A stretch of DNA of 63,719 nucleotides, the filler included, from Octopus bimaculoides (taxonomy: Eukaryota): assembly GCF_001194135.2 (NCBI RefSeq). It is 8 parts of 6 records of this genome, joined end to end, with 100 filler letters (N's around TTAATTAATTAA, not from the genome) between each part and the next. Parts side by side here need not be neighbours in the genome. Positions count along the whole stretch, not along the records: positions 1 to 20,040 come from NC_068982.1; positions 20,141 to 38,445 come from NC_068983.1; 6 more parts are not named here. One strand, written 5' to 3'. Position 1 is the first letter of the stretch. The number at the start of each line of letters is the position of its first letter. The notes below the pieces were generated by a model, which saw only the letters and a list, made by a program, of their open reading frames with translations, did not search any database and had not been told where the DNA came from. A program made the translations under genes and the position numbers. Of this stretch, positions 11,996 through 24,547 are shown piece after piece.

Positions 11996-13551
11996 ACTAT
12001 TCTTGTAAAAAAATAATAAATATGTACTCTACAAAAGTATTGAGTAATTCTTCTGTTTAGTGTTAAATTGTTTTTATTATAACTCGACTACAGATGGAGT
12101 GTATCTAAATCTAAGATATTAGACTACTATATCTAGCAAGATAAGATCTATAAGGTAGAGGTGAGCCATATCTTGGAAGACAGGCTTCTTTAAATTATAT
12201 TTCATATTTTAACCTCTTTTAGTAAAGTGAACAGTTGATGTGCATGATAGTGTAAGGGAGATAACTACACGATTAAATTGAGCAATCTTTTTTTATGTGC
12301 GTTTGTGAGAATGCACAAATTCACATAAATTATTTTAAATGCACATGGCCTTGTGTTATATATTATGGGTACCAACACAGAAGAAACAAATAAATAACTG
12401 TTGCTTCACTTCACTAGTAACAATACTGGTTATTGTAGAAAAAAAAAAAGACAGAGAAGAAGAGCAGTTGAGTGACTGCAAATGATGGGACATCATATAT
12501 ATTTGTGAGTGGACTTGGAACATCTAAAATAATAGTCAGTAAACAGTTAGCCCTAATTTTTGTGTCTGTGTTCCCTATTTTACTGTCAGTTCGTTCTACA
12601 ATCAACTTTCTGTGTATTTCTGAGGTTTAACCAAACCTAGGAACATGTCTAAATGTAATAACAAGGGTATCCAATGATTTTTTTTTAAAGTGTTTATCAG
12701 AGCAGGAAGAGACAGTCAGTGCTCATGTCCAATTTCAGAACCTCTGGCTAGGAAAGGATGCACTTATTCTTTGAACAGAATCTGATCTGGATGTTCCCCA
12801 AAGAGTGAGACAACCTTAAACCTTGTGACACATGAGGTCAGGGCTTACTGGAAACTTTAAGGTGATTGAGCCGACAGTACAAGACTTCTCCCTTGAACAG
12901 GATACTAGTCTGTCACAGGCTTAACCCTCAAGCACCGAATGCTCACTTTCAGTTGAATATACTGGAACAATGTGGAATGAAATACCTTGCTCTAGAACAA
13001 AGCATAGCCTGAGACACTGACTCACAACTCTGATGTACAACTTAATGACTCTGGATCCAACACACTAACCAGTATGTCAGACACCTTCACTTTCAGCAGA
13101 GTAGACTCTGCTAAAGACACTCGTGATAAACTAGCACAGTACAGTTGTCACTGACAAGTAAGTATGGCTTGGTAGCATGTATCATGCTTTTGCTAATTGT
13201 TTTAAGGTGACTATTGTAGTCACAAGGAGATATAGACATTCTCTCAGCATCCTCATCTTTGACCTAATGGTACATCCAGGAAGTAACTGCTTAAGGAAGA
13301 TAGAGCTGCACCAGCACCAGACTGATAGACATTTGCAGCTTTGTCAATTAGAACAAAGTAAAATGAAGTGCCTTGTTAAAAGACACAACACACTGCTGGC
13401 CTAGGGATTGAACCCATAACCTTATGATCATGAGCTGATACCCTACCCATTAGGCTAAATGCTTCATAGTTGATAAATTAAGCATCAGTTATAAGTCATT
13501 CCAGTAATATTCCCTATTCTGTAACCTTACAAAAATAGATTATATCTAAGG

Positions 13552-13950
13552 CACAGGTGTGGCTGTGTGGTAAGAAATTTGCTTTCCAACCTCATGGTCC
13601 TGGGTTCAGTCCCACTGTGTGGTACCTTGAGGTACTTTTACGGTAGCTCCAGGCTGGCCCAAACCTTGTGAGTGGATTTGGCAGATGGTAAGATGAGAAC
13701 TGAAAGAAGCCCATCATATATATATGTGTGTGTGTGTGTGTTTGTGTTTGTGTTTGTCCCCCACCACTGCTTGATAAGTAGTGTTGGTTTGTTTACATCC
13801 CAGTAAATTAACAGTTCAGCAAAAAAGACTATGAGAATAAGTACCAGGTTAAAAAGAAAATAAGGACTGGAATTGCTTTGTTCATCTAAATTGTTCAAGG
13901 CAGTGCACTAGCATTACTGCAGTCCAATGAGTGAAACAAGTAGAAGATAA
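13552..13950 (+). mobile_element. tRNA-derived CORE-type SINE, family B (CpG-decayed)
   Basis: ggtgtggctgtgtggtaag...gggttcagtcccactg..accttg..; body matches 57080-57430 and 62333-62755. Confidence 0.8.
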
Positions 13951-13989
13951 ACGATAAAATATACTATGTAAGAAGTTCAAGTATCTCAG

Positions 13990-14450
13990 GGCTGTATTCA
14001 TGAGTGATGGGAGGTTGGAGATTGAACTGGATACAAGAATTGCTGGTGCTTTATCACAATAATGTATCAGCTTAGCAGTTGATCATAAAAGTGTGTGGGA
14101 GAAACAAACAAACAAACAAACTTGCTTTCTTCAATTCAATTTTGAAGCTTATCCTGACCTATGGTCATGAATGTTGGGTAATGACTGAAAGAGTAAGATC
14201 ATGAATACAAGTGGCTGAAATAGGGTCCCTCCTAAGGATCTCTGGAGTAACATTACTTGACAGGGTGCATAGCTCAGAAATCAGGGAACTATGGACATGT
14301 GATTAGAATGTTGCAGGTAAAGGCTGCAAGACAAATTCTTTCAGATGAGCTAACTAGCAGAGGTCCCAGGGGAGGTGGGGTCTGAGAACTCTGCCTTCAC
14401 AACCCTCTTGGGAATAGTTGAGTGGTGGAGAAGATGGATGGATGAATAGA
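13990..14450 (+). mobile_element. RTE (Expander/Rex3-like) LINE 3' fragment
   Basis: Translates to ILTYGHECWVMTERVRS*IQVAEIGSLLRISGVTLLDRVHSSEIRE, the typical RTE post-RT region. Confidence 0.75.
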
Positions 14451-15469
14451 TGGATGGAATCCTATATCAACTAAAAGAATATCAAATGAAATATCCTTTG
14501 CAAAAATTATTAATACTAAAGAGTATTATCTTTAATGTCTAATCACAAGCTTTCAGTGTCCCTTTATAAAAGTACTGCATGATTTTGAAATTATTGACCA
14601 ACTATCAAGAGTTGTTTAGCTCTGCAGTTAATCCTGTGATTAAGCAGACCTATAATGGAAAATGTTCCAGTTATGACCAACACATCATTCTTTTCCAGAC
14701 ACTGTTTCCAGAACTTCATTATTCAATGAGTCTTACATTTTCTCTTTAACAGGATGGTGAAAACAGAAGAAGATTTAGCTCCTTTTTCTAGCATGTTAAT
14801 TGAAAATGCTCCAGGGGCTCCCTCATTTACTTGTGTAATCAGAAGATAGAAATCCAGGTGGGAATAGAATCTTCTGATTACTTAATGAAGTTTTTGCTAA
14901 TAGTTTCAAGAAGGAGAAATTAGGATCAGAATACTAAAAATATACAAATTCAAGGAACATCATCATCTTCATTTTAGTACCTGCTTTTCGATGCTAGTTA
15001 ATTATAGTCAATCATTGTAGGGAGGGGCTAGTTAATTCTATCTTTTTCATGAGTAGACTGATACTTAACTTCATTGACCCTGGTCAGATAAAAGGCAAAG
15101 TTGACCTTGGCAATATTTGAACTCAATATATAGAGTTAGATCCAATACCAAAAGACATTTTGTTCAATATGCCAACAATCCTCTCAATTCACTACCATAA
15201 AAATATGGTCTACAATTCTATTTTTTTCTAATTTACTGAAAAATATTTATGTAAAAATAAACCATATAAAGTATCAAACCGTTTTACAGTAGTTAGTTTC
15301 ATATCTCTGTCTGTCTGTCTCTCTCTGTATTCTGAGTTCAAATCCAGTCAGAGTCAACATTGTCTTTTACCTTTTATCCTTAATCCAGAGTCAAACATCT
15401 CAAGGTTTGTGTTTATATAACAAACAGTTATTATTGCTATTATTATTATCAATATTATTACAGATTCTA

Positions 15470-15685
15470 AGGTAATGAGTTGGCAGAATTGTTAGCACAC
15501 TGAACAAAGTGCTTAGTGGCATTTTGTCTATCTTTATGTTTCGAGTTCAAATTCTGCTGAGGTTGATTTTGCCTTTCATTCTTTTGGGGTCAGTTAAATA
15601 AGTACCACTTGAGCACTGGGAGTGATGTAATTGATTTACCACTTCCCTGTAATTGCTGGCCTTGTGTCAAAATTTGAAACCAATA
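15470..15685 (+). mobile_element. Family A SINE with CpG>TpG/CpA decay
   Basis: gagttggcagaattgttagcacactgaacaaagtgcttagtggc versus consensus gagctggcagaatcgttagcacgccgggcgaaatgcttagcggt. Confidence 0.85.
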
Positions 15686-15808
15686 TTATTATGGATTCTG
15701 CCAACACTGACTTTGCCTCTCATCTTTAAGAGATGATAAAATAAGTACCAGTCAAGTACTGGGGTTTATGAAATTGACAACCACACTCCCCTAAAACTTC
15801 AGGCCTTG

Positions 15809-15855
<47 letters not shown>

Positions 15856-15856
<1 letters not shown>

Positions 15857-16080
15857 TGTAGTCCACTTTTTATCATGTTCTATCACTGCACTACTGAGCA
15901 CAGCTCTGTGTGCCTTGGGTATGTGCTGTGGTTTATTTACTATGTATTTGTCTGTATGTTTTTTAGCCATACCTAATGTTCCTATTATTATAGGGATTAT
16001 TTCTGCTCTTAGGCTCCACATATGGGTCATCTCTATTTCGAGATCTTTGTATTTTGAGAGTTTCTTAGTTTCTTTTAGAG
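15856..16080 (-). mobile_element. R4/Dong-clade LINE 3' end with (TAA)n tail
   Basis: LSKYKDLEIEMTHMWSLRAEIIPIIIGTLG: restriction-like endonuclease C-terminus; adjoins a (TTA)n array at ~15810-15855. Confidence 0.75.
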
Positions 16081-16084
16081 ATGC

Positions 16085-17050
16085 ATTGTCATCTGTTGGG
16101 ACTGGCAGCTAGCAACCTCTGCATAGCAGCTTAGGCCTGCCATGGTTTCCAGTATGGAAACCCACATTCAGGTTGTAACGTCTGCAATAATTTATGGAGC
16201 ATGTGTGGGCTCTATTTGTGAAGCATGTCTTTCTGCAACTGATCTCCTTGATGGAGCTGCAGTTCTGGGTGAAGAAAAGACTGAGATTAGGCACCTGGCA
16301 CCTAGAATGTCATCAGACACTCACAGCCCTCTACCGGTTGGGCAATGGGCTTGGTGGAAGTTCCACATTAGCAATATATAGAGGATTAGTGATGGGAAGT
16401 GCGACAATTACTTGGAAAGACTGTGGGCGTTGACAAAAATGAATTGGCTAGTCTGTTTCAGAGGACTTTCCAGTCAGGTACCACCATGGATAATTTCTAG
16501 ATGTCATTGACATGGCTGTGCTACTGAGGGGCACTTCCAGTTTGAGATAAACTCTAAAGGCACTAATGTGCTGTCAGACAGGCTTGTCTGAGGTGTGTAC
16601 AGAGTGATGAAACTGTTCTGCAGGCACTCATTCCGTGTCTGGGCATTGCTGACCTGTGGAGTTATGTTGAACAGCTCCTGTCATATGTGGGATGGATCCA
16701 TCTGTTGGCTGAGTCTATAGTGAAGATTGACTCACCAATTTCCTATAACCAGACAGGTAAAACAGTTTTCTTTTGCCTGGTGATGATGGTGAAAGAGGTT
16801 ATCTGGTGGACGAGGCTGAAAGGCATGAGGACAGAGACTTTCCTTTTTGGTAGAGCCTTCATCAATTTTTTCAAGTTTCACTTGAAAAGGAAAGTGAGGT
16901 TGGAGAGGAAGGTGCTGTCTTCAAGTAAATTTATTGAAAGGTGGGTGCAAAAATGGCAAGAGTGGATGGTACCACTCTAAGTATAGACCTTGGTGTTCAG
17001 GGAAATCTTAAATGGTGGGGTTCCTCGATTATTCCCAGAGGTCCTCCTAT
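16085..17050 (+). mobile_element. Tx1/L1-clade LINE C-terminal (zinc-knuckle) remnant
   Basis: GALPV*DKL*RH...CLRC.QSDETVLQAL..C..IADLW pattern resembles the zf-RVT region; multiple stops. Confidence 0.6.
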
Positions 17051-17234
17051 GTCAGGAGGGCCACTTTATTATTTTTATTTTATTTTATTTTTACTATTGT
17101 ATACTACCTATGCTTCCCTTCTCTGTTTTATTGTATACTGTGTATATTTTCTATACTTTGGCATATATATATTTTTTGCCCTATTGGCAAATAAAAGAAA
17201 TCATTATCATTATTATCATTATCATTATTATTAT

Positions 17235-17690
17235 TAAGGTGGTAAGCTGGCAGAATTGTTAGCACATCAGGAAAATTGCTTTGTGGCATTTCATCCATCT
17301 TAACGTTCTGAGTTCAAATTCTGCCAGTGTCAACTTTGCCTTTCATTTTTTCAGGGTTGATGAATTAAGTACCAGTGAAACATTGGAGTTGATGTAATTG
17401 ACTAGTCCCCTCTCACACAATTTCAGGTCTTGTGCCTTTAGTAGAAAGGATTATTACTATTGTTATTATTGAGGCAGTGAGCTGGTAGAATCCTTAGCAT
17501 GCTGAACGAAATGCTTAGTGTTATTTCACCTGTCACTACGTTCTGAGTTTAAATTCTGCCAAGGTCGACTTTGCCTTTCATTCTTTTGTGGTTGATAAAT
17601 TAAGTACCAGTTGCATATTGGGGTCGATTTAATTGACTGGCTCTCCCTCTCCCAAAATTTCAGGCCTTGTGCTTATAGTAGAAAGGATTA
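17235..17690 (+). mobile_element. Two tandem family A SINEs (largely CpG-decayed)
   Basis: Two consecutive heads and cores. Confidence 0.85.
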
Positions 17691-18559
17691 TTATTACAGC
17701 CATATCATGTATATCTATTTTCTTCCACAAATAATGTATTTAAGGCCAGGTACTGTATATTGCATAATCTAAACAACTGAGCTAAGAGAAATAACACAGA
17801 CAAATAAAGGTCTATCAAATACCATACAACATAAATCCTTGATTTATGCCACTAGAAGATGTGTCATGATTATTAAATGGCAATTAATACCAGCCCCACT
17901 TGAGAAGGGAGATCATCTCAAGAGCCAAGGAATCTCTAAAGTTTACATGCCATTAAAGAAAAGGACAAGCTTATTGTTTGGTGATAAGAAGATAGTTATG
18001 GCCCCTGATTAAATGCAAAACTTCAAGTAACAGTGATGTAAATCATCAACTCATTCCCAACATCATGTATTGAGTACTTTTAAAACTCAACATCATGTAT
18101 TGAGTGCTTTTTAAACCCAACATTATGTATTGGGTTTATAAAACCAACAACATTATATAATAATAAAATGTTGTAATATTGTAATAATGTTGTAATACTG
18201 TAATAAACCCAACAACATTATATTGTAATATAAACCCAACATCATGTATTTTTATCAATTTTAATATTGCTTTAGTCATTAAAGTGGTGAGCTGACAGAA
18301 TCGTTAGCATATGGGCAAAATACTTAGCATATCTTCCGTTTTTATGTTCTGAGTTCAAATTCCGCTGGTTTGATAAAATATATACCTGTTGAACCCCGGG
18401 GACGTTGTTAATCGTCTAGTCCCACCTCCGAAATTGTTGGCCTTGTGTTAAAATTTGAAACCAGTATTGCATTAGTCGTTAAGTTGAATATTATCTGTTC
18501 TTTGTTAAGGAGTATGGTGTTTTTTTGTTGGCTTATCTTTTCTACTGTTATAAGAGCGA

Positions 18560-18850
18560 CACCTACTTCTTGAAACTTCTTCGTCTTGTACCATCTGTGT
18601 TCGCCCCCCTCCCCAACTAGCTCGTCCCTCCTCCTATTGTCTCCCATATTATTTCCCCTAGCTTCGACCTGCATTAACCACTATCGATATTTCTTCCTTT
18701 CCGGGCCGTTAACCATCTGGATTTCTCTTCCAGTAATGTCTTTTTGTGTGACATATCTACACGTGTGTGCATCTCCTTCGACTGTGTTTCCTCATAACTT
18801 TAGCTTTCAGATGGCGTATATTACGATTGCATCGGAATTTCAGTGCACAT
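18560..18850. promoter_or_regulatory. Candidate housekeeping-type promoter / first-exon island
   Basis: Locally GC/CpG-rich unique sequence with TATCGATA (18682-18689, DRE-like), TTCCGG (ETS-like) and CAGATGGCG (YY1-like), plus a minus-strand GTAGGT donor candidate at 18561-18566. Confidence 0.35.
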
Positions 18851-20084
18851 AAATAAAAAAAAAATTCGAAAATGTATAAGACAGGGTAACTTTCCCAAAT
18901 GACAAAGTGCGATAATCATTCTAATCTATAAGAGTCGATACAGTCAATAACAGGTCAATCAACACAAAAGATTTAATGAAAATTATCTAAGCTGACAGTT
19001 AAAGGATAGAGAAGCGCAAAACAGTTAAGGGGAAGTAACTCTGTAAAAACAGTAACAGCTGAATGTGCTATGAGGTTTTATAACAAAAATAAATATGAAA
19101 AACGAAAGGGATAAAAGATGAAAATAATTTTGTATTTCAACAAACCTGTCCTGTTAAAATTTATGTCGGATTTATTTAATAAAGTTCTGCTATTAACTTG
19201 TTATTAATAAAGTTTTATCAACTTCTCCCTGATAGAGAGTCAGTTGTGAATTGTATGGTGTACAAATGTGATATACATACATACATACATACACATTGAC
19301 ATACAAACACACACACACATGGTAGTCTTTATGTATGCATGTACGTGTGTGTTACATTTACATTTCTCAAAAAAAAAATCGGACTTCAAAGATGTGTGGA
19401 ATAAGTGGACCCCATACTTGAAAATAGACAAGAATCAGCAACAGGTGCACCCAGCTGTTAAAAAATTTCAATTCCCAGGAGTTGAGCAACAAAGTAGAGG
19501 TTCTCTCTCCATTGGCTTATATTCAGAGAGAGAGAGAGAGAGAGATTGATGCAACTTAAATTATGATAGAGGTTTGTTTTCAATCCAGAGGAAGATTTAT
19601 TGCTCATGTGTATCGTGCTAAAATGCTCCATTTTGTTGAAGTGGAGCATTAATTAGGATGGTTGTATGAGTAAGAAGTTAACTCTTTAGTCACATGGTTC
19701 TCAAGTTTGAACCCACTGGGTTCTTCAATCAAAGTGAACCTTGGTAGAGACAGAGATTGTTCATGAGTAATTAATGAATCATTGGAACAGACAAATACAT
19801 GAAGTTGCAGGCTGTGCGGTAAAGATTTTCCTTCCCTAACCACACGGTTGTGGATTCTGACCCACTGCATGGCACCTTGGTATAGGGGTCTTCTACTATA
19901 GCTTGAGGCCAACCAAAGTCTTGTGAGTGGACTTGGTAGACAGAAGCTGTATATTAAGGCAGTGAGCTGGCAGAAACGTTAGCCCACCAGGAAAAATGCT
20001 TAGCGGTATTTCGTCTGTCTTTACCTTCTGAGTTCAAATTNNNNNNNNNNNNNNNNNNNNNNNNNNNNNNNNNNNNNNNNNNNN

Positions 20085-20096
20085 TTAATTAATTAA
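20085..20096. other. Artificial TTAATTAATTAA gap spacer (also 38490, 48705, 52245, 55018, 58130, 60749)
   Basis: Each sits inside a 100-nt N44-12-N44 block and gives stops in all six frames: a scaffolding linker, not biology. Confidence 0.9.
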
Positions 20097-20140
20097 NNNN
20101 NNNNNNNNNNNNNNNNNNNNNNNNNNNNNNNNNNNNNNNN

Positions 20141-20194
<54 letters not shown>

Positions 20195-20197
<3 letters not shown>

Positions 20198-20600
20198 CAT
20201 AATCGACATGAATGCATCTGTCAAGACCAACTAAAACCTGAGCAAGCATAAAGATCTTGAAATAGAAATCGGCAAAATGTGAAACCTGAAGACTAAAGCA
20301 ATACCTGTTGTCATAGGTGCCCTAGGAATGATAGCAAAAGGGGCTGATTCCTAAATAGTTAAATAGTTCAGATACCAGGAAACTCCAAAATGGCAGAAAT
20401 TCAAAATATTGGCTATGAAATCTCAAATTTTAAAATAAACTTATTTTTTTATGTTTTTTTAAACATCCCCTAGAACAATACTATGTGTAAGCCCAAATAT
20501 ATGGCACCCTAGGCATAGCACCAACATGAACTTCTAGCTTGTTGTCTCTTGAGGTCTCTGGGTGAGACTTGGAGTCAACTTGTACAAATACAAAGCAAAA
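20195..20600 (+). mobile_element. R4/Dong-clade LINE 3' fragment
   Basis: LSKHKDLEIEIGKM*NLKTKAIPVVIGALGMIAKG; flanked by (TAA)n. Confidence 0.75.
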
Positions 20601-21257
20601 GTTAAGCATTTATTATTATTATTATTAATAATAATAATAATAATAATAATGATAATTCCTTATTGTAGTATAAACCAGCAATTTTACGTATGGAGAGGGT
20701 ATATTGATGCCACTCCCACCTGTACTTATTTCAACAACTCCGAAAGAATAAAAGACTAAGTCGACAGTATTTCAATTCAGAACATAAAGCAAGAAGAAAT
20801 GCCATTAAGCAATTTGTCCGACGCGCTAAGGATTTTACCAACTTTCCACCTGTAAACATGAATGCTTATATGCACCACAAAACCATATGAAAGGTCCTCT
20901 CACGAGAACTATCGCAACATCTATTTTTAAGAAGATAAATATTACCTTTTGGTATTAGTACTGCTTCTGTCGCCATTAACTTTTTTTTTAATAATTCTCT
21001 ATATTTTTGGCACAAAGCCAGCAATTTTAAGGTGAAGAAGCAAGTTCATTACATCGTGTCCCGTACTTGTCTGGTAGTATATTTTATCGACCTCGAAAGT
21101 ATGAGTGGCATAGTTGACCGTAGTGTCATTTGAACTCGGAACGTGAAGAGCTGGAAAAAAATGCCACCAAGCGTTTTGTGCAATGTGCTATACGATGCTA
21201 CCAGCTTACTTCCTTGACAACAGCAGCAGCAACAACAACAATAGCAAAAGCTACATC

Positions 21258-21323
<66 letters not shown>

Positions 21324-21728
21324 TTCTTTTATTGGCCACAAGGGCCCAAGACATGGAGGACAATATCGAAGAACGAGTTAGAGCACAAAAAATTACAAAA
21401 ACATGTGGGCTTAATATCAATCAAGCGGGGATACTACCATATTAAAGGATATAACAGAGGATATATAATAGAAAGCAGAGAAATAAATAATGAATAAAAA
21501 GAATCCTCAATAGCGGGGGGGGGGCAGACCACTTAGGGTAATCCAGGGTAACCCCACACAAAAATCCAGGATAACTCTGCCATCTCCAAGGCATGGGAAA
21601 GTTCCCTCTTCCAGTTTCTTTCCTCCTACTTAGAAAAGTATATTCAGAGTAAATCCATTCTGTCGCACCAGTCTTGCCACTATCGACTACCTTTTGATAA
21701 ATACAACAGACGGCAGCACCTCCGGCTC

Positions 21729-21764
<36 letters not shown>

Positions 21765-21966
21765 NNNNNNNNNNNNNNNNNNNNNNNNNNNNNNNNNNNN
21801 NNNNNNNNNNNNNNNNNNNNNNNNNNNNNNNNNNNNNNNNNNNNNNNNNNNNNNNNNNNNNNNNNNNNNNNNNNNNNNNNNNNNNNNNNNNNNNNNNNNN
21901 NNNNNNNNNNNNNNNNNNNNNNNNNNNNNNNNNNNNNNNNNNNNNNNNNNNNNNNNNNNNNNNNNN

Positions 21967-22031
<65 letters not shown>

Positions 22032-22794
22032 TAGCTGGATCCGTGAATATAGAAAGTAATGTAACACCAATGACTATATAATCCAACCAAAATATCTCAG
22101 TTACACAAACGTAAACGAAACTACTATTTAACCTTAAAATACATCGTACATATTCAAAGAAACTTAATGTACAAATTGAAATGCAAAAGAACGAAATAAT
22201 GAATGAAAGTTTGGGAATTGCGTTTATTTCCACCACGCGACACTTATTATTGCAAACATGTTTTAACTAACCTAAACTATACACACACACACAGAAATAC
22301 ATTCATATACATGCGTCTTGAGTTGTAGCTGTAATTCAAAGGGAACAGCCTTGTCATATTTTATGTGAGACTGAATCTCTCTGACAACTACATTAATGTT
22401 ATGCATATCTGTAGAGTACTCAGCCACTTGTGAGTTAATTTTATCCTNNNNNNNNNNTTATGCATATCTGTAGAGTACTCAGCCACTTGTGAGTTAATTT
22501 TATCCTTGTGTGGTAATGAAAAGTGAAATTGACATCCAATATTTGCTGTGTCTATGTATCTACGTATGAACTATTCTTTGGATTAATGTATCTACTGTCT
22601 TTCTCTCACTTTCTCTCTTTCTCTTTCACTTCCTTTGTGTCCCTCTTCTCTCCCGCTTTGATTTAACAATGTGTATATGTATCTATGTATCTACTTCTCT
22701 TGCGATGTGATAAACATTTAAAAACACAAAACGAACGCCGTCACCACTTACTGTCTTTTTCACTCTCTTTCTCTCTCACTTTTTTCTCTCTAAT

Positions 22795-23225
22795 CCTTCC
22801 TACAAAAGGCACAAGGCCCGAAATTTGGGGAAAGTGGACTAATCGATTACATCCAACCCAATGCTTCACTGGTACTTAATCTATCGACTTCGAAACGATG
22901 AAAGGCAAAGTCCACCTCGATAGAATTTGAACCAAAACTGTAACAGGAAATACAGCTAAGGCATTTCGTCCTGCGTGCAAACGATTCTGCCAGCTCACCG
23001 TCTTATAATAATGGCTTCAAATTTTGCCACAAAGGTAGCAATTTTGGTGGGAGGGGATAAGTCGATTTCATTGACTACAGTGTTTCACTGGTACTCAATT
23101 TATCGACCTCGAAAGGATGTAAGGCAAAGGCGACCTCGGCGGAATTTGAACTTAGAACGTAGCAACAGGCGAAATACCGCTAAGCATTTCGTCCAGCGTG
23201 CTAACAATTCTGTCAGCTCACTGAC

Positions 23226-23265
<40 letters not shown>

Positions 23266-23475
23266 CAACAATAATAATCCTTTCTACCACAAGCATAAAG
23301 CCTGGAATTTTGGGGAGGGGGGGCCAGTCGATTAAATCGACGCCAGTACGCAGCTGGTACTAAATTTATCGATCCCGAAAAAATGCAAGACAAAGTCGAC
23401 CTCGGCGGAAGTTGAACTCAGAACGTAGCGACAGACGAAATGCCGGTAAGCATTTCACCCGGCGTGCTAACGACT
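22795..23475 (-). mobile_element. Cluster of three family A SINEs
   Basis: Three reverse copies separated by (AAT)n. Confidence 0.85.
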
Positions 23476-23491
23476 CAGCCAGCTTGCCGCC

Positions 23492-23552
<61 letters not shown>

Positions 23553-23769
23553 TGATGATGATGATGATGATGATGTGGATGATGATGATGATCTCTTTAG
23601 TGGGTACAAGGAGCGAAATTAACGACAAGACGATAGGACATTAAAAACAACAGCTACAGTAACAACGATAACAACACAATATGGAACTGGTGACAACAAA
23701 GTAACAAGAAAAAATAATAAAAGCACTCGCATCAGCAGCAAGAGCAATATTATCAACAAACTGTTGTTG

Positions 23770-24135
23770 TTGGCACTCCGTCGCTTACGACGACGAGGGT
23801 TCCAGTTGATCCGATCAGCGGAACAGCCTGGTCGTGAAATTAACGTGCAAGAGGCTGAGCACTCCACAGACACGTGTACCCTTAACGTAGTTCTCGGGGA
23901 TATTCAGCGTGACACAGTGTGACAAGGCTGACCCTTTGAATTACAGGCACAACAGAAACAGGAAGTAAGAGGGAGAGAAAGTTGTGGTGAAAGAGTACAG
24001 CAGGGTTCGACACCTTCCCCTGCCGGAGCCTCGTGGAGCTTTAGGTGTTTTCGCTCAATAAACACTCACAACGCCCGGTCTGGGAATCGATACCGCGAGT
24101 CCGCTGCCCTAACCACTGGGCCATTGCGCCTCCAC
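23770..24135 (-). mobile_element. tRNA-derived SINE, family C, near full length
   Basis: Head gtggaggcgcaatggcccagtggttagggcagcgg...gattcccagaccggg; same family as 34370-34845. Confidence 0.8.
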
Positions 24136-24547
24136 AGCAATAACAATAACAACAACATATGCAGCAAGGGCAAATTCAGTAATGCTACAGATTTGATGTA
24201 AAGCGAAAAAAACATGAAAAAAAAATAAATAAATAAATAAAATAACGACGACTGCAACATTAGCTAGAAAAACGTCTGAAACAACAACATCTGCAACAGC
24301 AACAACAGAAAGAGCGACTAAGTAGCATCAATAATATCAACAATAAGAAAGATGACAATAAGTATAAAAATTGGTATAAAGCGAAACATGGAAAATACCA
24401 GCAACATTAGTAACAACGAGAGAGAACATTAACAGCAACAAAACCAGCAAAAGCAACAACCTAGAACTAGGATGAAAAGAATAAAAATAAAATAAATATT
24501 AAAAAATATAAGTATAATAAAAAATATGTGAATGGAAAGAAGCTCAC

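Noticed and set aside
20041-20140. Recurrent TTAATTAATTAA motif (7 occurrences)
   Set aside because: Always centred in identical 100-nt N blocks; an artificial six-frame-stop scaffold spacer.
22030-22236. Hydrophobic minus-strand ORF (AIPKLSFIISFFC...)
   Set aside because: T-rich strand bias explains the hydrophobicity; no ATG or splice support; runs into a (TAT)n repeat.
22398-22506. ~49-bp direct repeat flanking an 11-N gap
   Set aside because: Typical unmerged contig overlap, not a true tandem duplication.
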